A stretch of DNA of 61,515 nt, filler included. It is 4 parts of 4 records of this genome, joined end to end, with 100 filler letters (N's around TTAATTAATTAA, not from the genome) between each part and the next. Parts side by side here need not be neighbours in the genome. Positions count along the whole stretch, not along the records: positions 1 to 28,744 come from DRR723986_8405; 3 more parts are not named here. The stretch is one strand, 5' to 3'. A program made the translations under genes and the position numbers. Below the pieces are notes generated by a model. The model saw nothing but the letters and a program-made list of their open reading frames with translations. It searched no databases and was not told the origin of the DNA. The first letter of the stretch is position 1. Each line of letters opens with the position of its first letter. Shown piece by piece: positions 1 through 9,889 of the stretch.

Positions 1-1278
1 CCGCTGGCGCTGGCCGCCGGAGAATTCGTGCGGGTACTTGCGGACAAAGGCGCGTGCCAGCCCCACATCGTCCATCAATTTGAGGACACCCTGGGCGACC
101 GTCTTGCGGTTTTCAATACCGTGCAGCAGCAGCGGCTCCGCCAGGGTATCGAACACGGTCATCCGTGGATTCAGCGAAGCAAAGGGGTCCTGGAAAATCA
201 TCTGCATGCGCCGGCGCATATCCTTGAGCGCGTTACCCTCGAGGCTGGTGACATCCACACCGTCGAAGGTAACCTGCCCGGAGGTCACCGGCACCAGGCG
301 CAGGATGGAACGGCCGATCGTTGACTTGCCACTACCGGACTCGCCCACCAGGCCGAGTACCTCGCCCTTGTTGATGTCGAAGCTGACATCGTTAACAGCC
401 TTCACCACTTCTTTGTGACGGCCCTGCTCAAACCAGGTGCACAGATTGCGAATCTGCAGCAGGGGCTCGGGCTGACCGGACATGGGCTCCTTGCTGTCAC
501 TGGGAATCGCCGCCAGCAACTTGCGGGTATAGGGATGCTCGGCATTGTCGAAAATGCCTTCACGATCACCCGACTCGACAATCCTGCCTTGCTGCATAAC
601 CACGATCTGGTCGGCAATATCCGCTACCACCGCCAGGTCGTGACTGATGAAGATCACCCCGATGTCCCGCTTCTTCTGCAGGTTGGCGATAAGCTGCAGA
701 ATCTGGGCCTGGATAGTGACATCCAGGGCCGTCGTCGGTTCATCGGCGATCAGCAGCTTGGGCTCATTGATCAGGGCCATCGCGATCATGACCCGCTGGC
801 GCATACCCCCGGAAAACTGGTGGGGAAAGTTATCGATGGTGCTGGCGGGGTCTCGGATACCCACTTCATCCATCAGTTCCAGCGCCCGTTGCCGCGCTTC
901 CTGCCGGGAGACCTTCTTGTGGTACACCAGTGGCTCAATCAGCTGGCGGCCAACCGTCATATAGGGATTGAGGCAGGTCATCGGATCCTGGAAGATCATC
1001 GCCACATCCCGACCCCGAATCTGGCGTAATTCTGCCTCACTGAGTTGCAGCAGGTCGCGACCCTCGAAATGCGCCGTACCACCGTCGACCCTGCCCGGGG
1101 GGCTGGGTATCAGGCCCAGCATGCTGTAGCAGGCGACCGATTTACCGGAACCGGATTCGCCGATGATGGCGGTAATCTGCCCCGACTCTACCGTGAAGCT
1201 GATCCCATCCACCGCCTTGTTGGTACCGTTGCGGGTGACAAAACTGACCGCGAGATCCCTGACATCCAGAAGCGCCAT
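1..1278 (-). CDS. Oligopeptide ABC transporter ATP-binding protein, fused double ATPase (OppD/F-like); 3' end runs off the window
   Basis: Manual minus-strand translation from ATG at 1278: MALLDVRDLAVSF...GESGSGKS (Walker A)...FSGGMRQRVMIA...LIADEPTTALD, then a second GESGSGKST and FSGGQRQR. Not in the ORF track because it has no stop in the window. Confidence 0.93.
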   Translation of the reverse strand, partial: MALLDVRDLAVSFVTRNGTNKAVDGISFTVESGQITAIIGESGSGKSVACYSMLGLIPSPPGRVDGGTAHFEGRDLLQLSEAELRQIRGRDVAMIFQDPMTCLNPYMTVGRQLIEPLVYHKKVSRQEARQRALELMDEVGIRDPASTIDNFPHQFSGGMRQRVMIAMALINEPKLLIADEPTTALDVTIQAQILQLIANLQKKRDIGVIFISHDLAVVADIADQIVVMQQGRIVESGDREGIFDNAEHPYTRKLLAAIPSDSKEPMSGQPEPLLQIRNLCTWFEQGRHKEVVKAVNDVSFDINKGEVLGLVGESGSGKSTIGRSILRLVPVTSGQVTFDGVDVTSLEGNALKDMRRRMQMIFQDPFASLNPRMTVFDTLAEPLLLHGIENRKTVAQGVLKLMDDVGLARAFVRKYPHEFSGGQRQR

Positions 1279-1281
1279 AAA

Positions 1282-2169
1282 TCAGTCCTTGGAGCCGCGA
1301 ACGTCCAGCGCATCGCGCAGGCCGTCACCGAGAAAGTTAAGGGAAAACAGGGTCAGGGTCAGCGCCAGGCCGGGAAAGATCAGCAGCCAGGGAAACTCCT
1401 CCATGGTTTCCGCACCGTAGGAAATCAGCAGGCCCCAGGAGGTCTGGGGCGGCTGGATGCCCAGGCCGAGAAAACTCAGGAATGCTTCCAGCAGCATGAC
1501 ACTGGGAATCGTCAGGGTGGTGTAAACGATGATCGGGCCGAGGGCGTTGGGCACGATGTGCCGCCGGATAATCGTCGCGGGCGACAGGCCCAGGGATATC
1601 GCCGCCTCGACAAACTCCTGCTGCCGCAGGGACTGCACCTGCCCGCGCATGATCCGCGCCATGGTCAACCACTCCACCGCGCCAATCGCCAGGAACAGCA
1701 GCAGGATATTGCGTCCGAAGACTACCATCAGCAGCACGATAAAAATCATGAACGGCAGCGCGTACATGATGTCGACCAGGCGCATCATCACCGCATCTAC
1801 GCGGCCGCCCACGTAACCGGCTATCGCACCCCAGGTGACGCCGATAACCAGGGCAACCGCTGTCGCGACAAAGCCGACCGCCAGAGATATCCGCCCGCCG
1901 TACATGATCTGGGTCATCAGGTCGCGGCCAAAAATATCCGTACCAAGCCAGTGCTGGGCCGAGGGCGGTGTTGCGCCGAGGTCGAGGTTCTGGGCCTCGT
2001 AGCTATAGGGCGCTATCCACGGGGTCAGCAGCGCAATGACGATAAACACGACCAGCATCACCAGCCCCACCAGGGCCATGTGATTCTTGCGCAGCCGCAA
2101 CCAGGCATCTTTCCAGAGCGAGGTGCCCTTCTCCGCTTCCTGAAGATCAGTGATCGCCGAAGTCGTCAT
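1282..2169 (-). CDS. oppC: Oligopeptide ABC transporter permease OppC
   Basis: HWLGTDIFGRD and EFVEAAISLG (EAA motif); ATG at 2169 overlaps the oppB stop (TGATG). Confidence 0.9.
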   Translation of the reverse strand: MTTSAITDLQEAEKGTSLWKDAWLRLRKNHMALVGLVMLVVFIVIALLTPWIAPYSYEAQNLDLGATPPSAQHWLGTDIFGRDLMTQIMYGGRISLAVGFVATAVALVIGVTWGAIAGYVGGRVDAVMMRLVDIMYALPFMIFIVLLMVVFGRNILLLFLAIGAVEWLTMARIMRGQVQSLRQQEFVEAAISLGLSPATIIRRHIVPNALGPIIVYTTLTIPSVMLLEAFLSFLGLGIQPPQTSWGLLISYGAETMEEFPWLLIFPGLALTLTLFSLNFLGDGLRDALDVRGSKD

Positions 2170-3101
2170 CAATGATCTCCAAACTGGGCGCGCAGCCTCG
2201 GGTTCATCCACGCAGCCAGGATGTCTGACATAAGGTTGAACAGGACGATGAGCGTTGACAGGAAGACAGTCGTGCCAAGAATCATTGTGTAATCCCGGTT
2301 AAAGGCTGCCTGTACATAGAAGCGGCCAAGACCGGGAATCTGGAAAATGGTTTCAACCACGAAGGATCCCGCCAACAGGCCGGCGAATGCTGGCCCCAGA
2401 AAAGCGACCACCGGAATCAGGCCACCGCGCAGCGCATGACGGGTGACAACCTGCCATTCCGGCAGGCCCTTGGCCCGCGCGGTGCGGATATAGTCCTGGG
2501 ACATCACCTCCAGCATGCCCGCCCGACTGAGTCGTGCGATATAGGCCGCGTAGGCCGAACCAAGGGTGATCGCGGGCAGTATCTTGTCGCCGGGTATGTC
2601 GCCCCATCCCGACACCGGCAGCCAGTCGAGGTAAATACCAAAGACCAGCACCAACAGAGGGCCTAGCAGGAACGAGGGCATGCAGATACCGATCATGGCC
2701 GCTGTCATTGGCACGTAATCCTGTGCCGTATTCGGTTTGAGCGAGGCGAACACGCCGGCCAAGCCACCAATAATCACTGCAACCAGCAGGGCGTAAAAAC
2801 CAAGTTCAGCTGTCACCGGCAGGCCAGCGGCAATCAATTCATTGACGTCACGGCCGGGGTACTTGAAGGAAGGCCCCAGATCTCCGCCGAGCAGATCCCC
2901 GAGATAGGCAAAGTACTGCTGGTACATCGGCAGATCAAGGCGATACTGCGCTTCCAGTGCAGCTTTCACCTCCGGCATCACGGCTTTTTCACTGGAGAAG
3001 GGGCCACCGGGGGCCGCCCGTACCAGGAAGAAGGTCACCGTGATAACGATCAGGATAACAGGCACGGCCTGCGCCAAGCGTATGCCGACAAATCGCCACA
3101 T
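2169..3101 (-). CDS. oppB: Oligopeptide ABC transporter permease OppB
   Basis: APGGPF, GDLGPSFKY, DYIRTARAKGL, VETIFQIPGLG, RDY motifs. Confidence 0.9.
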   Translation of the reverse strand: MWRFVGIRLAQAVPVILIVITVTFFLVRAAPGGPFSSEKAVMPEVKAALEAQYRLDLPMYQQYFAYLGDLLGGDLGPSFKYPGRDVNELIAAGLPVTAELGFYALLVAVIIGGLAGVFASLKPNTAQDYVPMTAAMIGICMPSFLLGPLLVLVFGIYLDWLPVSGWGDIPGDKILPAITLGSAYAAYIARLSRAGMLEVMSQDYIRTARAKGLPEWQVVTRHALRGGLIPVVAFLGPAFAGLLAGSFVVETIFQIPGLGRFYVQAAFNRDYTMILGTTVFLSTLIVLFNLMSDILAAWMNPRLRAQFGDH

Positions 3102-3106
3102 GGGGT

Positions 3107-4777
3107 TCAGCTCTCCTCGGGCCAGCGCCACGGACGACGGTCCGGGTCCAGAGCCACATGTTTAAAGTTACGGTATTCCACTATGTTAGGCCAGTATCCT
3201 GACACGCTGGGCTGCACGAGATGCGCACCTTTGTAGGAAAACAGCGGAATTAGCGGCACTTCCGCCAGAAAGCGCTGCTCCGCCTCGTACATCAGTGAAA
3301 AGCGCTGCTCTCGGCTGGTCGCCCGGTTGACCTCGTTATAAAGGATCTCGTCGTAGCGGGCATCAGAATAACCGGTGCGGTTGGTGCCGCCATCAGTAAC
3401 AAACTTGCCGAGGAAAACGCCCGGGTCGAGGTAGGTACCTATCCAGGCCATCCTCGCCAGCTGGAATTGCCGCTGGTTGACCTTATCCAGATACACCTTC
3501 CATTCCTGGTTCGCCAGGGTAATCCGGATGTTCAACACATCTTTCCAGGCCTGCTGGATTGCCACGGCGATTCGGCGATGATTCTCGTCCGTATTGAACA
3601 CCAGTTCCAGACCCGGCCAGTTGTCCCCGTCCGGATAGCCCGCCTCGGCCAACAGTGCGCGGGCGCGCTCAGGATCAAAGCGGCCGACCTGGGGCGGTTG
3701 ATAGCCCGGTATACCCGGAGGCGTAAAAGACCGGGAGGGCAGCATCGTGTCCAGCAATACCCGCTCAGCCAGCTTTTCCCGGTCAATCGCCAGTGACAAA
3801 GCCTGCCGCACCCGCACATCGGTGAACGGCGCAACCCTGGTATTGAAGAGGTAGTAGTAAGTACCCAGCAGCGGCGCTTCCACATAAGGCGAATCCGGAA
3901 GCTCGCGATACTGGGAGACCTTGTTCACCGGAACCCGGTAGGTCACATGTAGCTGACCCGCGCGAAACATCTTCTCTTCCGTGACAAAATTATCGACCGG
4001 CTTGAACACGATTCCGTTCAGGCTGACATTATCGCGGTCCCAGTAGGTGTCGGAGCGGACGACCTCCAGCCGACGATAGAGTTGCCAGTCGTGCAGGGTA
4101 AACGCCCCATTGCCAACCATGTTCTCAACGCGGGTCCAGCCGGTAAAACGATCGGTCCAGTCGCCAAACGATTCCAGTGTTCCCCGGTGCACCGGAAAGC
4201 TTGCCGGATCGGTCAGCAGGTTGAACAGGTGCGGCGTGGGGTATTCGAGTGTTACTTCCAGAACATGCCGATCCAGGGCTTTCACCCCGAGCGCATCCGG
4301 GTCGCTGATCCGCCCCTCGTGGTAATCCCGTGCGTTTTTTACCGGGAAAAGCACCTCACCCCGCATATTGCCGGTCGCCGGGTTCAGTGAACGCTGCCAG
4401 GACCAGACGAAGTCATCCGCAGTCAGCGGATCGCCATTGCTCCAGCGCGCTTCGGGGTTCAGGTAAAAGGTGACGGTCAGCTGGTCCGGACTGACCTCCC
4501 AATGGCTTGCCACTCCCGGCTCCATTTCCATGGTACCGGGGTGATGATTAACAAGCCCCTCGAACAGGGTGGTAATAATCTCCCAGGAGCCGGTATCAGT
4601 AACAATATGCGGGTCCAGCGTTTGGGCTTCTGAACCAATGCCGTAGTAGAGAACGCCTTCCCGGTTACCACGTTCGACATTGGTTTCCGGATTCGAACAG
4701 CCGGGCAACAGCAGCAACGGGAACAAACATACCCACCAGACAGCGCGTGATACCGCCGGGCGAATAATAGCCTGCAA
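3107..4777 (-). CDS. oppA: Peptide ABC transporter substrate-binding lipoprotein (OppA family), copy 2
   Basis: SBP family 5 motifs (TLDPH, LFEGL, ARWSNGDPLTADDFVWSWQR) and lipobox LLPGC; start uncertain (TTG 4777; ORF open to 4831). Confidence 0.85.
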   Translation of the reverse strand: MQAIIRPAVSRAVWWVCLFPLLLLPGCSNPETNVERGNREGVLYYGIGSEAQTLDPHIVTDTGSWEIITTLFEGLVNHHPGTMEMEPGVASHWEVSPDQLTVTFYLNPEARWSNGDPLTADDFVWSWQRSLNPATGNMRGEVLFPVKNARDYHEGRISDPDALGVKALDRHVLEVTLEYPTPHLFNLLTDPASFPVHRGTLESFGDWTDRFTGWTRVENMVGNGAFTLHDWQLYRRLEVVRSDTYWDRDNVSLNGIVFKPVDNFVTEEKMFRAGQLHVTYRVPVNKVSQYRELPDSPYVEAPLLGTYYYLFNTRVAPFTDVRVRQALSLAIDREKLAERVLLDTMLPSRSFTPPGIPGYQPPQVGRFDPERARALLAEAGYPDGDNWPGLELVFNTDENHRRIAVAIQQAWKDVLNIRITLANQEWKVYLDKVNQRQFQLARMAWIGTYLDPGVFLGKFVTDGGTNRTGYSDARYDEILYNEVNRATSREQRFSLMYEAEQRFLAEVPLIPLFSYKGAHLVQPSVSGYWPNIVEYRNFKHVALDPDRRPWRWPEES

Positions 4778-4784
4778 GCCGGGC

Positions 4785-6434
4785 CTAATCCCTGGCTCCG
4801 AGCCAGCGTTCTGCCGGATCGAGCCAGACATACTTGAGGTTAAGTGAGTCCATCAGGTTCGAGGGCAAGCCCTTCACGCTGGGATGGATCAGGTGCTTAC
4901 TGGTGTAGGTATAGATCGGCAGGATCGGCATTTGCTCCATGAGCATGGTTTCCGCTTCATAAAATACCGCAAACCGCTCCTCCCGGGTTTTCGCCTGCGG
5001 CGCCTTGAACAGGATCAATTCGTCGTAGCGGGGGTCAGAATAGCCGGTATTGTTGTTACCGCCATCGGTCAGGTACAGGTCAAGAAAATTATAGGGGTCG
5101 ACATAGTCCCCTATCCAACCGCGGCGGGCGATGTCGAAATCCATCTGGGTGACAGAATCGAGGTAGACCTTCCATTCCTGATTGGAAATGGTGATGCTGA
5201 TATTCAGCACCTCTTTCCACATTTGCTGCAGGGCCACCGCGATCTGCCGGTGACTTTCCTGGGTGTTGTAGATCAATTCGAGACCGGGCCAACCTTCGCC
5301 ACCAGGAAAACCAGCCTCAGCCAGCAGCTCGCGCGCACGCTCCGGATCGTAGTCAAACAGCTTCGGCGGCTGGTAGCCAAGGGTTCCGGGCGGGGTGATG
5401 CTGTAGGCCGGTACCGTCGACTCCTTGAGCACAGAATTGTTCAGGGTAACCCGGTCTATCGCCATGGAGAGCGCCTTGCGCACCCTGACGTCATCCAGCG
5501 GAGGCCGCTTGGTGTTGATCAGGTAGAAATAGGTGCCCAGGTAAGGCGCCTGCACGTAGGGCGTGTTTTCCATCGCGCGGTAAACGGGAATCTTGTCCAG
5601 CGGTATCGTCTGGGTATAGTGCAGCTGCCCCACCCGGAACATCCGCTCCTCGCTGACGATGTTTTCGGTGGGATAAAACACCACACCGTTGAGTTTGACC
5701 TTGTCGCGGTCCCAGTAGGTTGGGCTTTTGCTCATGCTGATGCGCCGATTCAACAGCCACTCGCTGAGCACGAACGCGCCATTACCGACGATGTTTTCAA
5801 CCCGGGTCCACTTGGTGAAGCGATCAGTCATCTTGCCGAACTGTTCAACGGTCGCCCGGTGCACGGCAAAGGTGCTGTAGTGATCCATCAGCTGGAGGAA
5901 GTACGGTGTGCGCTCATTGAGAGTCACTTCGAGGGTGAGGTCGTCCAGTGCCTTGACCCCCACCTCGCCGAAGTCTTTCAGTTCGCCGGTTGCGAAGGCC
6001 TGGGCATTCCTGATCGGGAACAGCATGTAGGCGTAGAGATTACCCATTACCGGGTGCAGCGCACGCTGCCAGGACCAGACATAGTCGTGCGCCGTCATCG
6101 GGTCGCCGTTGGACCAGCGGGCCTGGGGATTAATATGGAAGGTGATAACACGCCCGTCATCACTGATGTCCCAGCGCTCGGCGACACCGGGCTCGGGTTC
6201 AAGCGTGTAAGGGTTCTTTACCGCCAGACCTTCGAACAGGGCCCGGATGAGGTGATTCTCTGGAACCCCGGTCACGACATGCGGATCAAGCCCCTGGGGT
6301 TCCGAGCCATTGCCATAATGCAGGATACCGTCGCGGTTGCCGCGCTCGACGTTCGACTCCCCGCCGGTGCAGGCAATCGTGGCGGCAGCAAACAGCAAAA
6401 CAGGGAACAGCTTAAGGACGGCATAGCGCTTCAT
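4785..6434 (-). CDS. oppA: Peptide ABC transporter substrate-binding lipoprotein (OppA family), copy 1
   Basis: GLDPH, LFEGL, ARWSNGDPMTAHDYVWSWQR, GWIGDY; lipobox TIAC. Confidence 0.88.
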   Translation of the reverse strand: MKRYAVLKLFPVLLFAAATIACTGGESNVERGNRDGILHYGNGSEPQGLDPHVVTGVPENHLIRALFEGLAVKNPYTLEPEPGVAERWDISDDGRVITFHINPQARWSNGDPMTAHDYVWSWQRALHPVMGNLYAYMLFPIRNAQAFATGELKDFGEVGVKALDDLTLEVTLNERTPYFLQLMDHYSTFAVHRATVEQFGKMTDRFTKWTRVENIVGNGAFVLSEWLLNRRISMSKSPTYWDRDKVKLNGVVFYPTENIVSEERMFRVGQLHYTQTIPLDKIPVYRAMENTPYVQAPYLGTYFYLINTKRPPLDDVRVRKALSMAIDRVTLNNSVLKESTVPAYSITPPGTLGYQPPKLFDYDPERARELLAEAGFPGGEGWPGLELIYNTQESHRQIAVALQQMWKEVLNISITISNQEWKVYLDSVTQMDFDIARRGWIGDYVDPYNFLDLYLTDGGNNNTGYSDPRYDELILFKAPQAKTREERFAVFYEAETMLMEQMPILPIYTYTSKHLIHPSVKGLPSNLMDSLNLKYVWLDPAERWLGARD

Positions 6435-6498
6435 AGGGCAGGATTTCGGGGACCGGAACACGCGCTCACTCTACCGCAGTGGCCACAAAATACCAGTA

Positions 6499-7203
6499 TC
6501 AGCATGGCAGCGTGATCCACGTAGACCGGGCTACGGCAAGGATCTGACCCGCTGCGGAGGCGACCGCGGTGCCTGCGTACAGCTTGCGCCCGTCGACCCC
6601 CAGCGGCCAGGCAAACACCACCAACGCTTCTTTACCCGGCACCGGCGCCTTCAACTCGGCGACCAACTCACCCAGCAGCGCCGGCCGGTGCTGCTGTCCT
6701 GACGCTGCGAAATAGCCAGGACAATCCAGGGCAGACCAGACGATCTCCGGACGCACCATACCCTGCTCGTCCAGCAGGTCCGGTGTCGGGCGCCAGCAGC
6801 AGGCGAGTAGCGACCAGTCCGTAACCGGTCCCGGGAACAGTTCCAGGCCGTCGTGATCGGGCCGGCCGGGACCACAGACAAAGCAGGTCGGGAACGTGTG
6901 GTCATCAAAGCAGGGAAAGCCTGACTCCGCTGCTTCCGCCGCACCGAGCGTCGGTGCGGGCGGGACATCCAGTTCCAACTGCGCCGGGACGGCAGAAGCG
7001 ACCAGCGTTTCCCCGTCGTGCATCAAGGCGGCGCCCTTATCTCCCCTGCTCAGCTGCAGCTGCCGATCCAGAGGCGGCGGCACGTGCAGGCGTACCCGGG
7101 CGACGCCGTCGATACAGGCCGCCAGGATGCCGCAACTGTAACCACCGTTGCCCGAGGCAGGTGGTCCATTAAAACGAGCGGGGATGAATAGGGAGGCGGG
7201 CAT
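6499..7203 (-). CDS. Conserved hypothetical protein, probable double hot-dog/thioesterase fold
   Basis: FNGPPASGNGGY, CFVCG and ALDCPG motifs typical of hot-dog fold proteins. Confidence 0.6.
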   Translation of the reverse strand: MPASLFIPARFNGPPASGNGGYSCGILAACIDGVARVRLHVPPPLDRQLQLSRGDKGAALMHDGETLVASAVPAQLELDVPPAPTLGAAEAAESGFPCFDDHTFPTCFVCGPGRPDHDGLELFPGPVTDWSLLACCWRPTPDLLDEQGMVRPEIVWSALDCPGYFAASGQQHRPALLGELVAELKAPVPGKEALVVFAWPLGVDGRKLYAGTAVASAAGQILAVARSTWITLPC

Positions 7204-7316
7204 GCAGAACTCCTGAGTCAATCGACCCTTAGCATAGCAGCCGGAACCGCAATCGGCTTGGCTTGTCGCGGGGATTCTGGGATAGACTTACGCCCCTGCA
7301 GGCAGTGGAGCCGGAC

Positions 7317-7784
7317 ATGCTGGACGACATCCTGAATTACGTGCAATTAACTGGACGGGTGGCCACCTCCGGCCAGCCCACCGCGGATCAGTTTGCCGCT
7401 ATTGCTGGCGCCGGCAACCGCGCCGTTATCAATCTGGCCATGCCCGACTCCGACGGCGCACTCCCGAATGAAGGCAACCTGGTCACCCACTACGGCATGA
7501 GCTACGTCCACATTCCCGTTCCCTGGCAGGCGCCGACCGCGGATCACCTCAGCAACTTCATCGATGTCATGCGAGCTTTCAGGGACCGGCCAGTCTGGGT
7601 TCACTGCGCCATGAACCTGCGCGTCTCCGCTTTCATGTATCACTACCTGGCGAAAGTTGACCAACTGCCGGAGGACGATTGCCGATCGCCCATTTTCGCG
7701 GTGTGGGAGCCACAAATGGATACGGTGTGGCGCGAATTTCTTGTACTCGACAGCAGCGAGGTCAAGGCACTTGGGCGCAACTGA
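7317..7784 (+). CDS. Protein-tyrosine-phosphatase-fold protein (DUF442/Blh-like)
   Basis: TSGQP, VINL, YVHIPV and CX5R motif HCAMNLR. Confidence 0.75.
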   Translation: MLDDILNYVQLTGRVATSGQPTADQFAAIAGAGNRAVINLAMPDSDGALPNEGNLVTHYGMSYVHIPVPWQAPTADHLSNFIDVMRAFRDRPVWVHCAMNLRVSAFMYHYLAKVDQLPEDDCRSPIFAVWEPQMDTVWREFLVLDSSEVKALGRN

Positions 7785-7832
7785 TATGAGACCCGTCGCC
7801 ATGCTACTCAACTTCAGCAGCACCCGTCAGCC

Positions 7833-8978
7833 ATGAGCACCATACACTGGCTTGGAGCGGGATTATCCAGCGGCCCCGGAATTCGCCGCCTTGCCGCCGG
7901 GGACAGCCCGCTGGTGCTGTGGAACCGCACGCCGGGCAATGCCCTCGCCCAATTGCAGGGCGCGGACTGTCAGGTGCCGGTAAGACCGCTGGAGCTCGAG
8001 CAGCTGGCACAGCAGGTGAGCGCCGGTGACATCCTGGTCTCCATGCTGCCCGCCGATTGGCATCCCCGCATTGCAGAACTGGCGCTGGCGCGACGCGCAC
8101 ACTTTGTATCGAGCTCCTATGTATCGGAGGCCATGCTCAGACTGGACGCGGATGCACAGGCATCGGGCATCTGCCTGGTCAACGAGGTGGGGCTGGACCC
8201 AGGCCTGGACCACCTGATGGCGCACCAGTTGCTGGATGCTTACCGCCAGAGCGAGTGCCCCAAGGACAGCCGCCTGAGTTTCCGATCCTATTGCGGTGGT
8301 TTCCCCGCGATCGCCAACCCCTTCCGCTATAAGTTCAGCTGGTCACCCGTGGGCGTGCTGCGGGCATTGCGAACGCCCGCACGCTGTATCAGGGACAGCG
8401 CGGTACTCGATGTCGCCCGGCCCTGGGAGGCAATTACCGACTACCAGCTGCCGACGCCTGAGGGGGAATCCTTTGAGGCCTACCCCAACCGGGACTCCCT
8501 CCCCTTCGTGGACGCCTACCATCTCGACCCGCAATGGCCGGTGGAAGAATTCGTACGCGGCACGCTCAGGTTACCCGGTTGGAGCGAGGCCTGGGGTGAG
8601 CTGTTCGACGAGATCGGCCAGCTGCAGGGCGAGACAGGTGAACAGCGCCTGCTGGACATCAGTGACGCCCTGTGGCGAGCACACGCCTACCAGCCGGGTG
8701 AGGCAGACCGGGTAGTGCTTTGCGTGGAGCTGGCCGCGAACCGCGCCGGCGACACCTTGTGGCACCAGGCCTACCTGCTCGATGTGACCGGCAATGCCGC
8801 CGGCTCGGCGATGGCGCGACTTGTATCCTGGCCGGTAAGCTTTGCTGTCGAGGCGATTCTCGCAGGGACTATCTCTCCGGGGGTCAGTGCCGCGCCCGCC
8901 GATTCCCGGCTGATCCAGACCTGGTTCGAGCAGCTGGCGGACAACGGCGACCTGGTAAGGCACCTGGTGCTCCGGTGA
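7833..8978 (+). CDS. Saccharopine dehydrogenase family protein (glutamate-forming type)
   Basis: NEVGLDPGLDH, SYCGG, YKFSWSP, AYPNRDS, RGTLR motifs. Confidence 0.88.
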   Translation: MSTIHWLGAGLSSGPGIRRLAAGDSPLVLWNRTPGNALAQLQGADCQVPVRPLELEQLAQQVSAGDILVSMLPADWHPRIAELALARRAHFVSSSYVSEAMLRLDADAQASGICLVNEVGLDPGLDHLMAHQLLDAYRQSECPKDSRLSFRSYCGGFPAIANPFRYKFSWSPVGVLRALRTPARCIRDSAVLDVARPWEAITDYQLPTPEGESFEAYPNRDSLPFVDAYHLDPQWPVEEFVRGTLRLPGWSEAWGELFDEIGQLQGETGEQRLLDISDALWRAHAYQPGEADRVVLCVELAANRAGDTLWHQAYLLDVTGNAAGSAMARLVSWPVSFAVEAILAGTISPGVSAAPADSRLIQTWFEQLADNGDLVRHLVLR

Positions 8979-9889
8979 GCTGCCGCGCACCCCACCTGCT
9001 GACGGCACTGCTGACCGTACTCCTGAGCTTGCTGCCGGCGCTACCTGGCAGCGCGATCAGCATTGACACCCAACCCGACTATGAGCGGCCGGGCGACCTG
9101 TCCCCGCGCCAGGACCAGGATCTGCGCGAGCAGTTGCTGAACGCGCTGTGCCTGCAGGGACTTTGCGAGCTGCTCGAGGCCGACAGGCTGGCCGTCGCAC
9201 TGGTGGTCTTTGATGATCGGGAGGCCCGTCTGGCACTGCTCAATGGCCACCTCATGATGTACGCGGCCAGCCTGCCAAAGCTGGCGATAGCGCTGGGCGC
9301 CATGGTGGCATCACAGCGCGGTGACCTGCGAATCGACCAGGCCATGGACCTCGACATCCGGGACATGATCCGGGTTTCCTGCAATATCTGCGCAACCCGG
9401 GTGCTCGAGAAGATTGGCCGGCAACAGTTACTCGCCATCCTGCGGGAACCCGAGTATGCATTCTACGACGCGACCCGCAGTGGCGGCCTCTGGGTTGGCA
9501 AGGACTATGCTGACGCCAAGGCATTCGCCCGTGACCCTATCCATGACCTGTCCCACGGCGCTACCGCCTACCAGGTAGCCCGTCTGTACTATCGTCTGGA
9601 TACCGGCGACCTGCTGGACAGCAAGCATACGGCCTTGATGCTGGATGCATTGGCAAACCCGGGGATAGATCACAAGTTCGTCGCCGGCCTGGGCGAGGTC
9701 GAGGGCCTGAAACTTTGGCGTAAATCGGGCACCTGGCGCAATTTTCACGCCGACAGCGCGCTGGTTTCCGATGCCGGGCACCGCTACATCATGGTTGGTC
9801 TGGTCGAAGACCCCGACGGAGAAAGCATCCTCCGCTCGCTGGCAAGAATCATGCGCGATATCGCTAACGGGAGTGATGCCGCGCCCTGA
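8975..9889 (+). CDS. Exported serine hydrolase, class A beta-lactamase-like fold
   Basis: GTG start overlapping the upstream stop; signal peptide; SxxK (AASLPK), SxN (VSCN), KSG (RKSGT). Confidence 0.8.
   Translation: MSCRAPHLLTALLTVLLSLLPALPGSAISIDTQPDYERPGDLSPRQDQDLREQLLNALCLQGLCELLEADRLAVALVVFDDREARLALLNGHLMMYAASLPKLAIALGAMVASQRGDLRIDQAMDLDIRDMIRVSCNICATRVLEKIGRQQLLAILREPEYAFYDATRSGGLWVGKDYADAKAFARDPIHDLSHGATAYQVARLYYRLDTGDLLDSKHTALMLDALANPGIDHKFVAGLGEVEGLKLWRKSGTWRNFHADSALVSDAGHRYIMVGLVEDPDGESILRSLARIMRDIANGSDAAP

Noticed and set aside
415-6515. Long plus-strand ORFs (415-1029, 1045-2175, 4884-6515)
   Set aside because: Antisense shadows of the opp genes caused by GC-rich codon bias; no motifs. 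The same applies to ORFs such as 11063-12205, 29119-30099, 32893-33849 and 39674-40672.
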